A DNA stretch of 63,703 nucleotides, counting the filler, from Chiloscyllium plagiosum (lineage: Eukaryota): NCBI RefSeq assembly GCF_004010195.1. It is 3 parts of one record of this genome, joined end to end, with 100 filler letters (N's around TTAATTAATTAA, not from the genome) between each part and the next. Parts side by side here need not be neighbours in the genome. Positions count along the whole stretch, not along the records: positions 33,864 to 63,703 come from NC_057712.1; 2 more parts are not named here. One strand, written 5' to 3'. Below are positions 52,478 to 63,703 of the stretch, in pieces; within the stretch, counting starts at the first letter, position 1; each line of letters opens with the position of its first letter. Made by a program: the position numbers and the translations under genes. A model generated the notes under the pieces. It saw only the letters and a list, made by a program, of their open reading frames with translations. It ran no database searches and was not told the DNA's origin.

Positions 52478-52705
52478 CAGAAATTACTGGAAAAGCTCAG
52501 CAGGTGTGTCAGCATCTATTGAAAAAATCAGAGATAATGTTTTGGGTTCAGTGACTCTTCTTCAGAGGGTCTCAGTTCTGAGGAAGGGTCACTTGACCTG
52601 AAATGTTAACTCTGATTTCTTTCCACAGATGCTGTCAGACCTACTGAGCTTTTCTAGCAATTTCTGTTTTTGTTTCTGATTTACAACATCTTCAGTTCTT
52701 CCAGT
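52478..52705. mobile_element. Head-to-head PLE-tail fold-back (family 4) with hammerhead motifs on both strands
   Basis: cagaaattactggaaaagctcag... versus ...ctgagcttttctagcaatttctg; plus-strand core 52574-52611 AGUU-CUGAGGA-A-GGGUC-ACUU-GACCU-GAAA-UG-UU/AACU. Confidence 0.75.
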
Positions 52706-53654
52706 TTTTATTGAATGAATATACCCTTCTGACTTCACCTGACAAAAGAGCAGCGCTCCGAAAGCTTGTGATTTCAAATAAACATGTTGGACTAGAACCA
52801 GGTGTCATGTGACTTCTGACTTCTGACTTTGTCCACCCCAATCGAACACCTACATCTCTACACCCTTTTGATACACGACTATTGGTATTTAATGGGAGTG
52901 ATCATAGCTTTATTGACTTTAACAATGCAGGAAATTTGCACAATACTTCAAAATGCTCCTTCCTGCTGTGGGCTGTGTTTCAAATATATAAGAGACAACT
53001 GGATGTAACTTCTATTTATATTTTTCACTTAATGAACAATATTTAACTATTTTTTATAGAAATTTAGGAGGATTAGAAACTTATCTAAATCACCTATTTG
53101 GTTTTACACTTCTCACTTCACCACACCAACATAAAACATATAGGAATTTGTAGAGTTTCAAAATATTGTAATTGTGAGATAAGGATGTATTAAATACTAA
53201 GACTGAATTTGGTATTTTCCGTTTTGGTGAATGCTTATTACACCCGCGATGTATGTGACTTCAATCAGGTGGTCAACATGATTCCATATCCATCTATATT
53301 GTCGATGTAAGTCTGCAAATATATCACTGACTGCACAAGATAGGAAGTTATTTTAATTCTAAGGTAAAAAGAAAATAAATTGCTGAACAAATGCCTGGTA
53401 ATTCCTTTACCATTATAGTGGATTTAAAAATCATAAAAGTTGTTTCCTGTTTAGTTAGACTGCATTCTTGCAAAATAAAGGCCAGAAATCTTTCTCAAAC
53501 TCTTCTAAAATATGTAAGCTGCTGCATATAATCGAAAAGTATCTTACTGGCACTCAGCTTTCCAAACTTATAAACAAGTGGTGTCTAATAAATCTGGTAG
53601 CTGCAAGTCTAATATGTTGGACACTTAGTGAGAAAACTTGGAGGCTTGGAAGAT

Positions 53655-53758
53655 GCCTTGAATTTCCTGCTGAGTCTGCCAGTCCATGATTTTCTGCCTA
53701 TTAAAATGAATGGGCAGAAAATTGCCTGCTGGCAAGTAGAAGAGTGGAAAATTCAGGC
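53655..53758. mobile_element. Short palindromic MITE-like element
   Basis: Ends gccttgaatttcc / ggaaaattcaggc; inner arms attttctgcctatt / aatgggcagaaaat; no clear TSD. Confidence 0.5.
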
Positions 53759-53933
53759 TGTTTTTCTACGTTTTCTGTTCAGCCATTCTTGAGCTTTGAC
53801 CGTCTTAGATGGAGTGAGAGTGCAAGAGAGAGAAAGTTGGTAGGAACCCCTAAAATTAATCGTGATGCTCATCTGCCAGATTCACAAACAAGCAGCATCA
53901 GTGACATTCACAGCTTAAGCTCTTGCAGTTGAA

Positions 53934-54228
53934 GGGTGGCACGGTTGCACAGTGGTTAGCACTACTGCCTCACAGCGCCAGAGACCCGGGTTCAATTCCC
54001 GCCTCAGGCAACTCCCTGTGTGGAGTTTGCACAGTCTCCCTGTGTTTCCTCCCACAATCCAAAAATGCAGGTTAGGTGAATTTGCCATGCTAAATTGCCC
54101 GTAGTGTTAGGTGAAGGGGTAAATGTAGGGGAATGGGTCTGGGTGGGTTGCACTTCGGCGGGTCGGTGTGGACTTGTTGGTCTGAAGGGCCTGTTTCCAC
54201 ACTATAAGTAATCTAATCTTAAAAAAAA
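53934..54228 (+). mobile_element. HE1-type SINE
   Basis: A/B boxes, tail aagtaatctaatctt plus A-run. Confidence 0.92.
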
Positions 54229-55168
54229 GACCAATGGTGACTGATTTCTGTGGTGAGTTCTCCACAAAGGTATACAAGAAAGCCACACACGCAGACCAAG
54301 TCCTGAACTACGAAAGCAACCACTCCAACACAAAAGAAGTTGCATCAAGACACTATTCAAAAGGGCCACAACACACTGCAGTACACCAGAACTGCAAAAA
54401 GAGGAAGAAGAACAACTATACAATGTATTCGCCAAAAACGGATACCCGCGCAATTTCATCAACAGATGCCTAAGGGAAAGACAACGGAACGAGGACATGC
54501 CGCAACCCAAAGGACTAGCCACACTACCATACATCAAGAGCATTTTCGAACTGACAGCCAGATTACTGCGACCACTAGGACTCATAACAGCACACAAACC
54601 AACAGCCACTCTCAGACAACAACTCACCAGAATGAAGGACCTGATACCCAGCATGAGCAAAACCAATGTAGTGTACAAAATCCCATGCAAGGACTGCACA
54701 AAACACTACATAGGACAAACAGGAAGACAGCTAACGATCCGCATCCATGAACACCAACTAGTCACGAAACGACACGACCAGCTATCCTTAGTAGCCACAC
54801 ATGCAGATGACAAGCAACATGAATTCGACTGGGACAACACTACTATTATAGGACAAGTCAAACAGAGAACAGCTAGGGAATTCTTAGAAGCATGGCACTC
54901 ATCCACAGATTCAATCAATAAGCACATCGACCTGGACCCAATATATCGGCCACTGCAACGGACAGCTGGAACTGACAACCGGAAGCGGCAGATTCAAACC
55001 ACTACAAATGCCGGAGGAAACATCACAGAAGCGCTTCACAGGAGGCTCCCAAGCACTGAGGATGTCACCTAGACAGGGGACAAAATGTCTGCAACACAAA
55101 TTCCCAGCTCGGCGAACAGAACCACAACAACGAGCACCCGAGCTACAAATCTCCTCCCAAACTTTGAA
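54229..55168 (+). mobile_element. 5'-truncated Penelope-like element family 3: RT thumb + GIY-YIG endonuclease + 3' end with hammerhead relic
   Basis: KVYKKATHADQVLNYESNH; TLPYIK; NVVYKIPCKDCTKHYIGQTGRQLTIRIHEH...REFLEAWH (GIY-YIG); frameshift near 54330. Confidence 0.93.
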
Positions 55169-55539
55169 CATTCTTGTTCCAATATGTGATATTGATTTAA
55201 AACAGAATGCTATTCTTTGATGTTTCAGAAATAACTTTTAAATGAAGTCTATGAAATAAGAGCTGTAAAATAAATGTAACGGAATTGAAAAATTCAGCAT
55301 AGGGAAATGGTTAATTTTAAGGAGTCATTTTGTCTTTGTGGTTGACCATTTTTCTTTGAGCCTGCCAGGCAAAGACGTTAAACAAATGCTCCTGCTTGCA
55401 TTCTATAGGACTTTCCCATGAGTGACTAGAGATACCTTTAGAAATGTAGGTCAAACACAAAGATTGCAGAGTTGAGCAAAATGCCACATTCTCCTTCACA
55501 TTGTGCCATGCTATCATATGTGTACTGAATGTATTTCAG

Positions 55540-55788
55540 AGTTTCATCAGTCCCAATATCTTCAAGCCAGTTGAATGGGCTCAATATTGGACTATCCAGA
55601 CTTAATTACATGAACTAGGATCTTATTGGGGGTGTGCAACCAGCAGTCATATTGTAATGAGGTCCAGTCCTCAATGCCTCCCATCAGCAGGTGGTCAGTC
55701 TCTGTACTATGGAAACCAGAGACCTGAGAGTTCAAATCCATCTTAGAATGTACAAGCAATGACTGAGTCTTAAGAGCTTTCAATAAAG
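55540..55788 (+). pseudogene. Weak candidate decayed exon (phase 2-2, five stops)
   Basis: Acceptor gtatttcag, donor aag/gtgaaa, 249 bp, phase fits the next candidate exon; stop density is close to random. Confidence 0.25.
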
Positions 55789-57652
55789 GTGAAATAATTC
55801 TTTCTGAGTAAAGTAGAAGCATCCTCATGTCAATTCTAAATATATATTTTACAAAAGTGACCCTGTGTGTTCCATGTACTACTCACACAATTTAATTACA
55901 TGCTGTTAACTGAAGCAAGAACTTTTGGAGCATTTGAATCTGAAGCATTAAAATTAAAATAACCTCCATTAGATGTTTAGCCATTTGCTGATGGTCAACC
56001 AGATAAAATGATTATTCCAACCACTTTGTGACTGAGTTGATCAGGGGAGCATGAGATATTATGAGATCAATGATCTACCACATGGGAAAAAGTAAAAGAA
56101 CCATCATTATAGCATTTTGGCAAGGCACAAACAAATATGAACAGGTGCTGAGGCAGACCAGGAGAAATCAGGAGCAATGCTGCACAACAGCTTGCTAAAT
56201 ATATACACAGAGGAAAGTAGGGAGACATTGGAGTTTTAGCTGGACAGTTATAGAGTGTAGGATTCAGCTTCCTGAAGGGAGTACCATCAAAGTTGAGTGA
56301 AAACACAAAAAGGAATGGAAAGCAGAGGAGGGTTTCATCACTGGAAGAGGTTGCAGAGTTAATCAGAACATGAAAGCATTTACACTTGAAAATGGCAATT
56401 TTAAATTTGGAAGTGTTGGAGAATTGAGAGCCAATTTGGGAAAACTAGTGCATCATAGGGTATGGGCATCAGAGTCTTGGACAAAATAAAGCTTATGAAG
56501 GGTGGATGTCTGGAGGCTGGTGAGGAGACATTGTAGTCATGAGATCTGGGTTTGTGAGATGGTTGACAGATCCCCATATCTGAAATCATTATGGTGTCAT
56601 TTCTTGTCCGTTAACTGGAGGTTTGAACATTTTAGAAGTTATTGACCTTTCCAGGAATGCTGTGCTGATTTGGGTGCATACGTATATCAACCAAAGAGTC
56701 ATCTCCTTCAGCCTTTATTAGATTCTGCCCTGCATTTGTTCTGTGTATGTTCATATATCTGAAAGGGAACAGGGTTCTGCTGCAATGAGTCCTAATTTTG
56801 ACCTTTCACAATATGATGCCCCAGCACACTGAATTTAATTCGGCACTGTTATGGATTGAAGCTCCAAAGTCTTCATGACTCTAACAATCATTTATGATTG
56901 AGACAATACCTGGACATAACAGCTAGGTCAAGGCAACTTAATAGGTGCTGTTCCTTCCATTTGAAATTTCAATTGTTAAGTCAATCATTCAGTACACATA
57001 TGTGTCATGGACAATTCTGTGGATACATCTAAAATGTACAGGCTGCTATCACCATATCTGAATGCACTATTAGCATCTGCAGAAGCCCATGAGGGGACCT
57101 TCCAATTATCATTTGCAATTCTACCTACTGCTACTCCTCCTCACTCACATTTGGGGCTTTATCAAGTGCTCTTACTTAGAGCTCACTAAACTAGGGCGCA
57201 TTCAACTCTGCCAATTTACCTGTAGATGATGAAAAATTCTGTAAGCTGAAGCTGGTCACTGGAGTATGACACTGTCTCCTCTTAAGAATCCAGTACATCA
57301 GAACTAAAACATATTCTGGAATGCTAGAGCCAAGATCCCCAATGAATCGGAATGTTACAAAGAATGACTTACGACAGTATTAGGCTCAGTGAATGACAGA
57401 AGAACGCATGATGAGAGAACATGATGCTAGCTGTGATTTTTGGGAGTCTTTTAATGTCATCTGCTGTCACACTCCCTGTTGCTTTCATACCCAGGCTCTC
57501 TAACATTTCCTCTTCAGAGCAAACAAAGTGCTTTCCATTTGAATTTGCTGGTGTTAGTTATGTGTGACCGACTATGGAAGTGGATTGAACAGACACAATT
57601 GTTGGAAGAAGGAATAAATAGATAACTTTTTGTTTTACCTTTTATGTTTCAG

Positions 57653-57792
57653 GCAAGTAGTTTCATCTGCCATGAGTGTTTTTCGGCAATTCACAAAATA
57701 GTATCATCTTTTAACCATTGATTTAAGTGGTAAAAATAATCATTTGTCACATGTGCTGGAGAGGGGTGAGGTTCCCAAGCTGGATTATGAAG
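57653..57792 (+). pseudogene. Candidate decayed exon (phase 2 to 1, one TAG)
   Basis: Very strong acceptor tttttgttttaccttttatgtttcag; donor gaag/gtagaa; QVVSSAMSVFRQFTK*YHLLTIDLSGKNNHLSHVLERGEVPKLDYE. Confidence 0.5.
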
Positions 57793-58701
57793 GTAGAAAG
57801 TATTGTGTGTGATACCCAGACTTATAGTCATCTTATGTGGGCATGATGATGCATTGAGAAGGTGCCTTGTGTTGTTAATGTGCTTGGTGTTTGTTGCTAG
57901 CCCAATTTAATTAACCACAGAGCAACAATGCAGAATGCCTTGGTGAAACATTTGGAATGTAGGTGAACAATTATTTTGCAGCAAGATTTTTTTAGCTTAT
58001 AATGCTGTAACACACGTACAATGAAGAAATACTAAAATTCCTCTTTTGGCAATATTTTAACATGAAGCAAAACTTGAGTACATTTACCTTGGCAATATCT
58101 TTTATTGCTAACAACATGAATTTCAAATCTTGCTTTCTCACAAGTATCAGCAGTGTCTCCCCAGTATAACAGAGCAGAAAATCAAGATTGTGCTGCTTTA
58201 ATTTCCTGAATTGAATGGAATGCCAATATCCCAGTCAACAATGATCATTCCTTATCCTTCCATTCACCCACCAACCTCCTATGCGCTGGAGTTGCTGTGA
58301 GTAGAAAATGGTTTTAACACATTGCAGACCATAAGGGAGCTGTGAACAATGTGCAGAGTCTGAAACAGGAAATGTAAGCCTCAATAGATAACTTATACTA
58401 AAAATCCATATAATATGTGAAATAAAGTGAACGAATGAATGATTGGATTGAAAGAGTGAGAAAGTAAAACTGAAGCCATAAGTTCCTAAGTAAGTTCATT
58501 TCTTCATTTTTTTCAAATCTTCAACAATAATTGCAATCTGGAGGAATGAGCATCTACATTTGTAAAAAAATAATTTTCAGTATCAGGAGTTTGCTTGGCA
58601 ATACATAAGGCTGGTCATAGATGATTGACAAATCCCAAATAATTCTGGCATGATTAATAGATACCCAGTGCTTACCGGTAGGTACAGCAACCTCACTCCA
58701 T

Positions 58702-58838
58702 TAAAAACCGAAACAAAACCGTGGAGGCTGTAAATCAGAAACAAATGCAGAAATTGCTGGAAAAGTTCAGTAGGTCTAGCAGCATCTGTGCAGAGAAATC
58801 AGAGTTAATGTTTCAGGTTGAGTGACCCTTCCTCAGAG
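58702..58838 (-). mobile_element. Solo PLE family 4 tail
   Basis: Reverse strand ctctgaggaagggtcactcaacctgaaacattaactctg...gatgctgctagacctactg. Confidence 0.75.
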
Positions 58839-58844
58839 CCATTC

Positions 58845-59350
58845 TAGTCACCCCCTTACCAGACGGATGTAGATGGTTTGGAGAGGGTACAGAAAAGATT
58901 TACCAGGATGTTGCCTGGTCTGGGTGATTTTAGCGATGAAGAAAGGTTGGATAGTCTGGGCTTGTTTTCACTGGAATGCAGGAGGTTGAGGTAAAGAAGT
59001 GATAGAAATTTATAAGATTGTGAATGATATGGGGGCAGTGAGAAGTATAAGCCTTTTTCCCAGGGTGGAGGGGTCAATTACTAGGGGACATAGGGTTAAG
59101 TTGTGGGGGAAGAAGGGTGTTTAAAAGAAATGTATGAGGCAAGTCTTTCACACAAAGGGTGGTGAGTGCCTGGAACAAGCTGTCAGAGGAGGTAGTGGAA
59201 GCAGACACAATAGCAGCATTCAAGAATCCTTGGGTGAATACATGAATAGGAAGGGAAAAGAGGGAGATGGATCCTTTTAGTGGAGACAGTTTTGTATGGT
59301 GTTGGTGCAGGCTTGCAGGACTGAACAGCCTGTTCCTGTGTTGTATTGTT
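58845..59350 (+). mobile_element. CR1 3' fragment
   Basis: ttggagagggtacagaaaagatttaccaggatgttgcctgg; cacaaagggtggtgagtgcctggaac. Confidence 0.85.
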
Positions 59351-61091
59351 CTTTACTCTTCATATTGCTTGTCTTTGAATGCTGAGTTTCTTGTGAAGCA
59401 CTGGGAGGAACAAAACAAATCAGTTTGCACTCCCAGGTTTTCCTATTAAGGTTGGTAAATGTGAAAGCTGAAACATCCTGTTTGATTTGGTCTGAGTTCT
59501 GACAATGTCTCACAGAAAGAAAGCACTGCACTATTATGGCTCCTTCAGCAGGCAATGCTTACGATGATCGTAAAAAGAGAGGGAGATGGGAAATAATTGG
59601 ATAGGAGAAGTAACAGGGAAGTGAAAGAAAGGGGATGGAAGAGAGAAGGGACAGAGAGAGTGGAAGAAGCTATCCTCCATAATTGTTTCCAGACATAGTG
59701 TGGAATTTAAACCTGAAAATTCTCACATTGTCAGATTTCTGATCCAGTAAATAGCAAAATAATATCTTATAAAAGAGAAACTTTCCAAATTCCTTTTGGC
59801 AAAAGTGAGCAAAGTTAAACTCTTAAGGTTGCTTTCTACAGAACATTTCTTATTTTAATTAGTCATTTTAGACCCTGTAATTAGAGTGAATCTGGTATAA
59901 AATATCAATTCATTGCCAATTCCCCCAGGGACTAATCAAAACGCATTTGGGAAAAAAAAGTGAGGAATGGTGATATTCAGAATGGCTGACAGATTGGCTA
60001 TTGTATAAATACCAATAAAACGTTTCTCATCCGGAACATCCAAGCAATATGGTCAATTCGATTAATCCCTTCCTTCCCTCCACTTGGCTCTTGTACATTA
60101 ATTTCCAAAAGTTCTGCCTTTGGGTCTTATCTGTTACAAATTAATTTTGATGCTTTTTAAAATGAAAATAGCTTCCTGCCAACTTTGTTTAACTGCAGAT
60201 TTCTGAACATTTATTTGTTATTTTATAGTAGAAAATGAGTAAGTATAACTTTAACAAATATTCAGTTGTTCGTGGCTTATTCATGACCATATGTTTATTG
60301 TATTTCTTTGACAATGCATGCAATGATCTGAAGCAGAATTAAAATCCCTGTGCAAAATATTATTGCTGTCTCACCTGAATTAAAATTAAATTTACCATTC
60401 TAGATGTAACATTGATGGTTACACTATAGAGCAAAATAGAAATGACATGCTCATGTAATGTGGAAAACAAGTTCCAAAGTGTCCAATTGTGGAAAGAATT
60501 TGAACTTTCATTTTATTTGTGTGGATTAAGAATAAATCATGTAACCAGTCAAAACAATTTGAATTTCATTTCCCTGAGAATTTACTGCAAACATTCAGAT
60601 ATAGATAACATTGCCATAGCCCCAGAGGACCAGAGTGCTGCTCTCACATCAGACAGAGATGGTTATTGATGAGTTTAAGCTGAAGGTCACCACATCGCAG
60701 GTGAGGGACAATGTTGAGAAGGTGAGACCTTCATGATACCTTCAGCTTTTACAGGACCTCAGCTCAAACCCCTCGCATTACCATGTATTGCAAACTGTCT
60801 ATTAAGCCAATTGAGCCAACTGACTCGCTAAACCTTTCGATCAATTGCATTTTATCTTGCAAATTTTACTGGATGGTAAACCGGTAAAAGATAGGAGCAA
60901 TGAGATAAAATATTTAGCTGTAGACACTGATTTTATATGCTTTTTCATTATCTCATGATGCATGTGTGTAACAATGATGCACTGTCAGCATAGAAGTTTT
61001 AAAATTTTGTGTTTTAAATTTTGATGATTAAACCAGAAATAAATATTTCTTCAATAGGTTGTTGATACACTGTGTACTTTCAATATTTCAG

Positions 61092-61373
61092 TGATGGTTT
61101 ATGGAGACAAAGGCCAGGATTTTGCAATATTGAAACAGGACAAAGGAGTTGGGTTTGGAGAAGAAGCAGCCACCAAGGCACAACCAGAAATACTGCCTCC
61201 ATTTCTATCTCTGGCCATTGATCTTTGTGAGGGAATACAGGCGGGCTCAGACCCCCACAGGATCCATTCAGAATCTGCCAGCACTTTTGAGAAAAGGGTA
61301 TTTCAGGATTTACAGAATTTGTACAGAGCCGCCTTAATTTTGAAAGCAATTTTTGAACCGAAGATTGGAGGCA
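61092..61373 (+). pseudogene. Candidate exon, fully open 282-bp phase 1-1 frame, product unidentified
   Basis: Acceptor tactttcaatatttcag, donor gca/gtaaga; MVYGDKGQDFAILKQDKGVGFGEEAATKAQPEILPPFLSLAIDLCEGIQAGSDPHRIHSESASTFEKRVFQDLQNLYRAALILKAIFEPKIGG; not repeat-like. Confidence 0.6.
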
Positions 61374-61386
61374 GTAAGAGTATTAC

Positions 61387-61698
61387 TTAGATTTAGATTA
61401 CTTACAGTGTGGAAACAGGCCCTTCGGCCCAACAAGTCCACACCACCCCGCCGAAGCGCAACCCACCCATACCCCTACATTTACCCCTTACCTAACACTA
61501 GGGCAATTTAGCATGGCCAATTCACCTGACCTGCACATCTTTGGACTGTGGGAGGAAACCGGAGCACCCGGAGGAAACCTACGCAGACATGGGGAGAATG
61601 TGCAAACTCCACACAGTCAGTCGCCTGAGGCGGGAATTGAACCCGGGTCTCTGGTGCTGTGAGGCAGCAGTGCTAACCACTGTGCCACCGTGCCGCCC
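61387..61698 (-). mobile_element. Full-length young HE1-type SINE, inserted ~13 nt after the candidate splice donor
   Basis: Complete head to tail reverse complement of HE1. Confidence 0.95.
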
Positions 61699-62294
61699 AC
61701 CACGTATAAATGTTTATAAAGAACATCTCCATTTCAGTTATTATTACATTTCACTAACCATTCATTAAACATAAATGTTGTAGCCCAAATTATATCGATG
61801 TTTTCTGAACGTCGTGATATTAATGCATTGACCAGAAAATGTAAATGACAATTAAATTGTACAGTTGGCATATTTTTTCTTCTGAGAATTGACAAGCTAA
61901 CAACTGAAAGAAAAGCATTTCATAACTGGAAAAGTTTTCAGATACATTCAGAGAGATTTTTCACCTGTTTAAGTGCTACACTGCATTAAGCAGGAATGAA
62001 TAATCAACCCACTGTAAGATCTGGAATGAATTGTTTAAGCTTACACCATTGTTCTCACTCATTCTTTGCAGACCAACTCTACTCTGATAACTCGAAAGCT
62101 TAAAGATGAGTGAACTTTAGTTCACACCTTGCAGGTTGGCAACTAACTTTGAAAGCTTCAAGAGATATATAAGATTTTGGATGTCTTTAAAAGGACTAAT
62201 GGATTCTGAGATGCTTGTTCAGCTATCCTGGGGAAATGTGAGTCTGATGGTCGAGACAAAATTATGAACTTCTGAAGGGTTAACATTTTAAAAT

Positions 62295-63050
62295 GCATAA
62301 GTAAGGACTTATACACTTAATGGTGAGTTCCTGGTGAATGTTGCTGAACAAAGAGACCTTGGAGTGCAGGTTCATAGCTCCTTGAAAGTGGAGTCTCAGG
62401 TAGATAGGATAGTGAAGAAGGCATTTGGTATGCTGTCTTTTATTGGTCAGAGTATTGTGTACAGGAGTTGGGAGGTCATGTTGCAACTGTACAAGACAGT
62501 GGTTAGGCCACTGTTGGAATATTGTGTGCAATTCTGGTCTCCCTCCTATAAGGATGTTGTGAAACTTGAAAGGGTTCAGAAAAGATTTCCAAGGATGTTG
62601 CCAGGGTTGGAGGATCTGAGCTACAGGGAGAGGCTGAACAGGCTGGGACTGTTTTCCCTGGAGCGTTGGAAGCTGAAGGGTGACCTTATAGAGGTTTACA
62701 AAATCATGAGGGGCATGGGTAGGGTAAATAGACAAGCTCTTTTCCCTGGGGTGGAGGAGTGCAGAACAAGAGGGCATAGGTTTAGGGTGAGAGGAGAAAG
62801 ATATAAAAGGGACCTAAGGGGCAATTGTTCATGCAAAGGTTAGTGAGTATATGGAATGTGTTGTCAGAGGAAGTAGTGGAGGCTGGTACAATCACAATAT
62901 TTAAAAGGCATCTGGATGGGTACATGAATAAAAAGGGTATAGAGGGATATGGGCCAAGTGCTGGCAAATGGGATTAGATTTATTTAGGATATCTGGTTGG
63001 ACGAGTTGAATCAAAGGGTTTGTTTCTGTGCTGTACATCTCTATGACTCT
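62295..63050 (+). mobile_element. CR1/HER1-type LINE 3' fragment
   Basis: VAEQRDLGVQVHSSLKVESQVDRIVKKAFGMLSFIGQSI...; tail tctctatgactcta. Confidence 0.95.
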
Positions 63051-63166
63051 AAGTGATCATTCATGTAAGACTTTCTTTGGTCAGATGTAAACACGGCCAG
63101 CTGAGTCTTCATTTATTATCCATTGTTAATTGTTCTTGAACAGATTATGTTGCTTGACCATTTCAG

Positions 63167-63384
63167 ATGACAGATAAGAATTACTCACATTACTGTGCAT
63201 TTTTCATCACCTGGCTAGGCCAGGCCAAGTTATATTCGCAGATTTTCTTCCCTAAAGAACAGATATTCCTGCTGCACTTGTCCTCCTCGATCCCTGGTTT
63301 CAAACAGGCAGATTTTGATCGAATGGACAATCACAGAGTCTCTGACAGACAACCTCACTGTGTGCCCATGCTCCCTTGCCATAT
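63167..63384 (+). pseudogene. Candidate decayed exon (phase 1 to 0, four stops)
   Basis: Acceptor ttgcttgaccatttcag, donor tat/gtatgt; DR*ELLTLLCIFHHLARPGQVIFADFLP*RTDIPAALVLLDPWFQTGRF*...; phase matches 61092-61373. Confidence 0.4.
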
Positions 63385-63396
63385 GTATGTTGGTTA

Positions 63397-63703
63397 TAGA
63401 GTCATAGAGATGTACAGCATGGAAACAGATCCTTTGGTCCAACCCGTCCATGCCGACCAGATATCCCAACCCAATCTAGCCCCACCTGCCAGCACCCGGC
63501 CCATATCCCTCCAACCCCTTCCTATTCATATACCCATCCAAATGCCTCTTAAATGTTGCAATTGTACCAGCCTCCACCACTTCCTCTGGCAGCTCATTCC
63601 ATACACGTACCACCCTCTGTTGCCTCATGTTGCCCCTTTGGTCTCTTTTATATCTTTCCCCTCTCACCCTAAACCTATGCCCTCTAGTTCTGGACTCCCC
63701 GAC
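63397..63703 (-). mobile_element. Young CR1/HER1-type LINE 3' end, runs off window
   Basis: Nearly identical to 32950-33260. Confidence 0.95.

Overview
Eukaryotic, repeat-dominated DNA from a cartilaginous fish. The HE1-type SINEs and HER1/CR1 LINEs point to a shark, most likely a bamboo/carpet shark; this is inferred from recognised repeat families, not from a database search. I cannot support any intact host protein-coding gene. Most ORFs in the track are fragments of CR1 LINEs (one near full-length decayed copy at ~40.6-44.1 kb), Penelope-like elements (PLEs), HE1 SINEs, or N-gaps. Most interesting signals: (1) minimal type I hammerhead-ribozyme motifs with palindromic stem III in four PLE-related families, whose 5' edge repeatedly coincides with insertion boundaries and fold-back centres; (2) a 1267-bp near-perfect inverted duplication capped by a ribozyme-bearing PLE tail and sitting inside a CR1; (3) two tandem Tx1-type retrotransposon 3' ends inserted at the HDA motif of a dead Harbinger transposase, with a triplicated 16-bp target site; (4) phase-compatible but stop-containing + strand exons suggesting an unidentified decayed multi-exon gene. 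Several duplications and the TTAATTAATTAA-in-N gaps are probably assembly effects.
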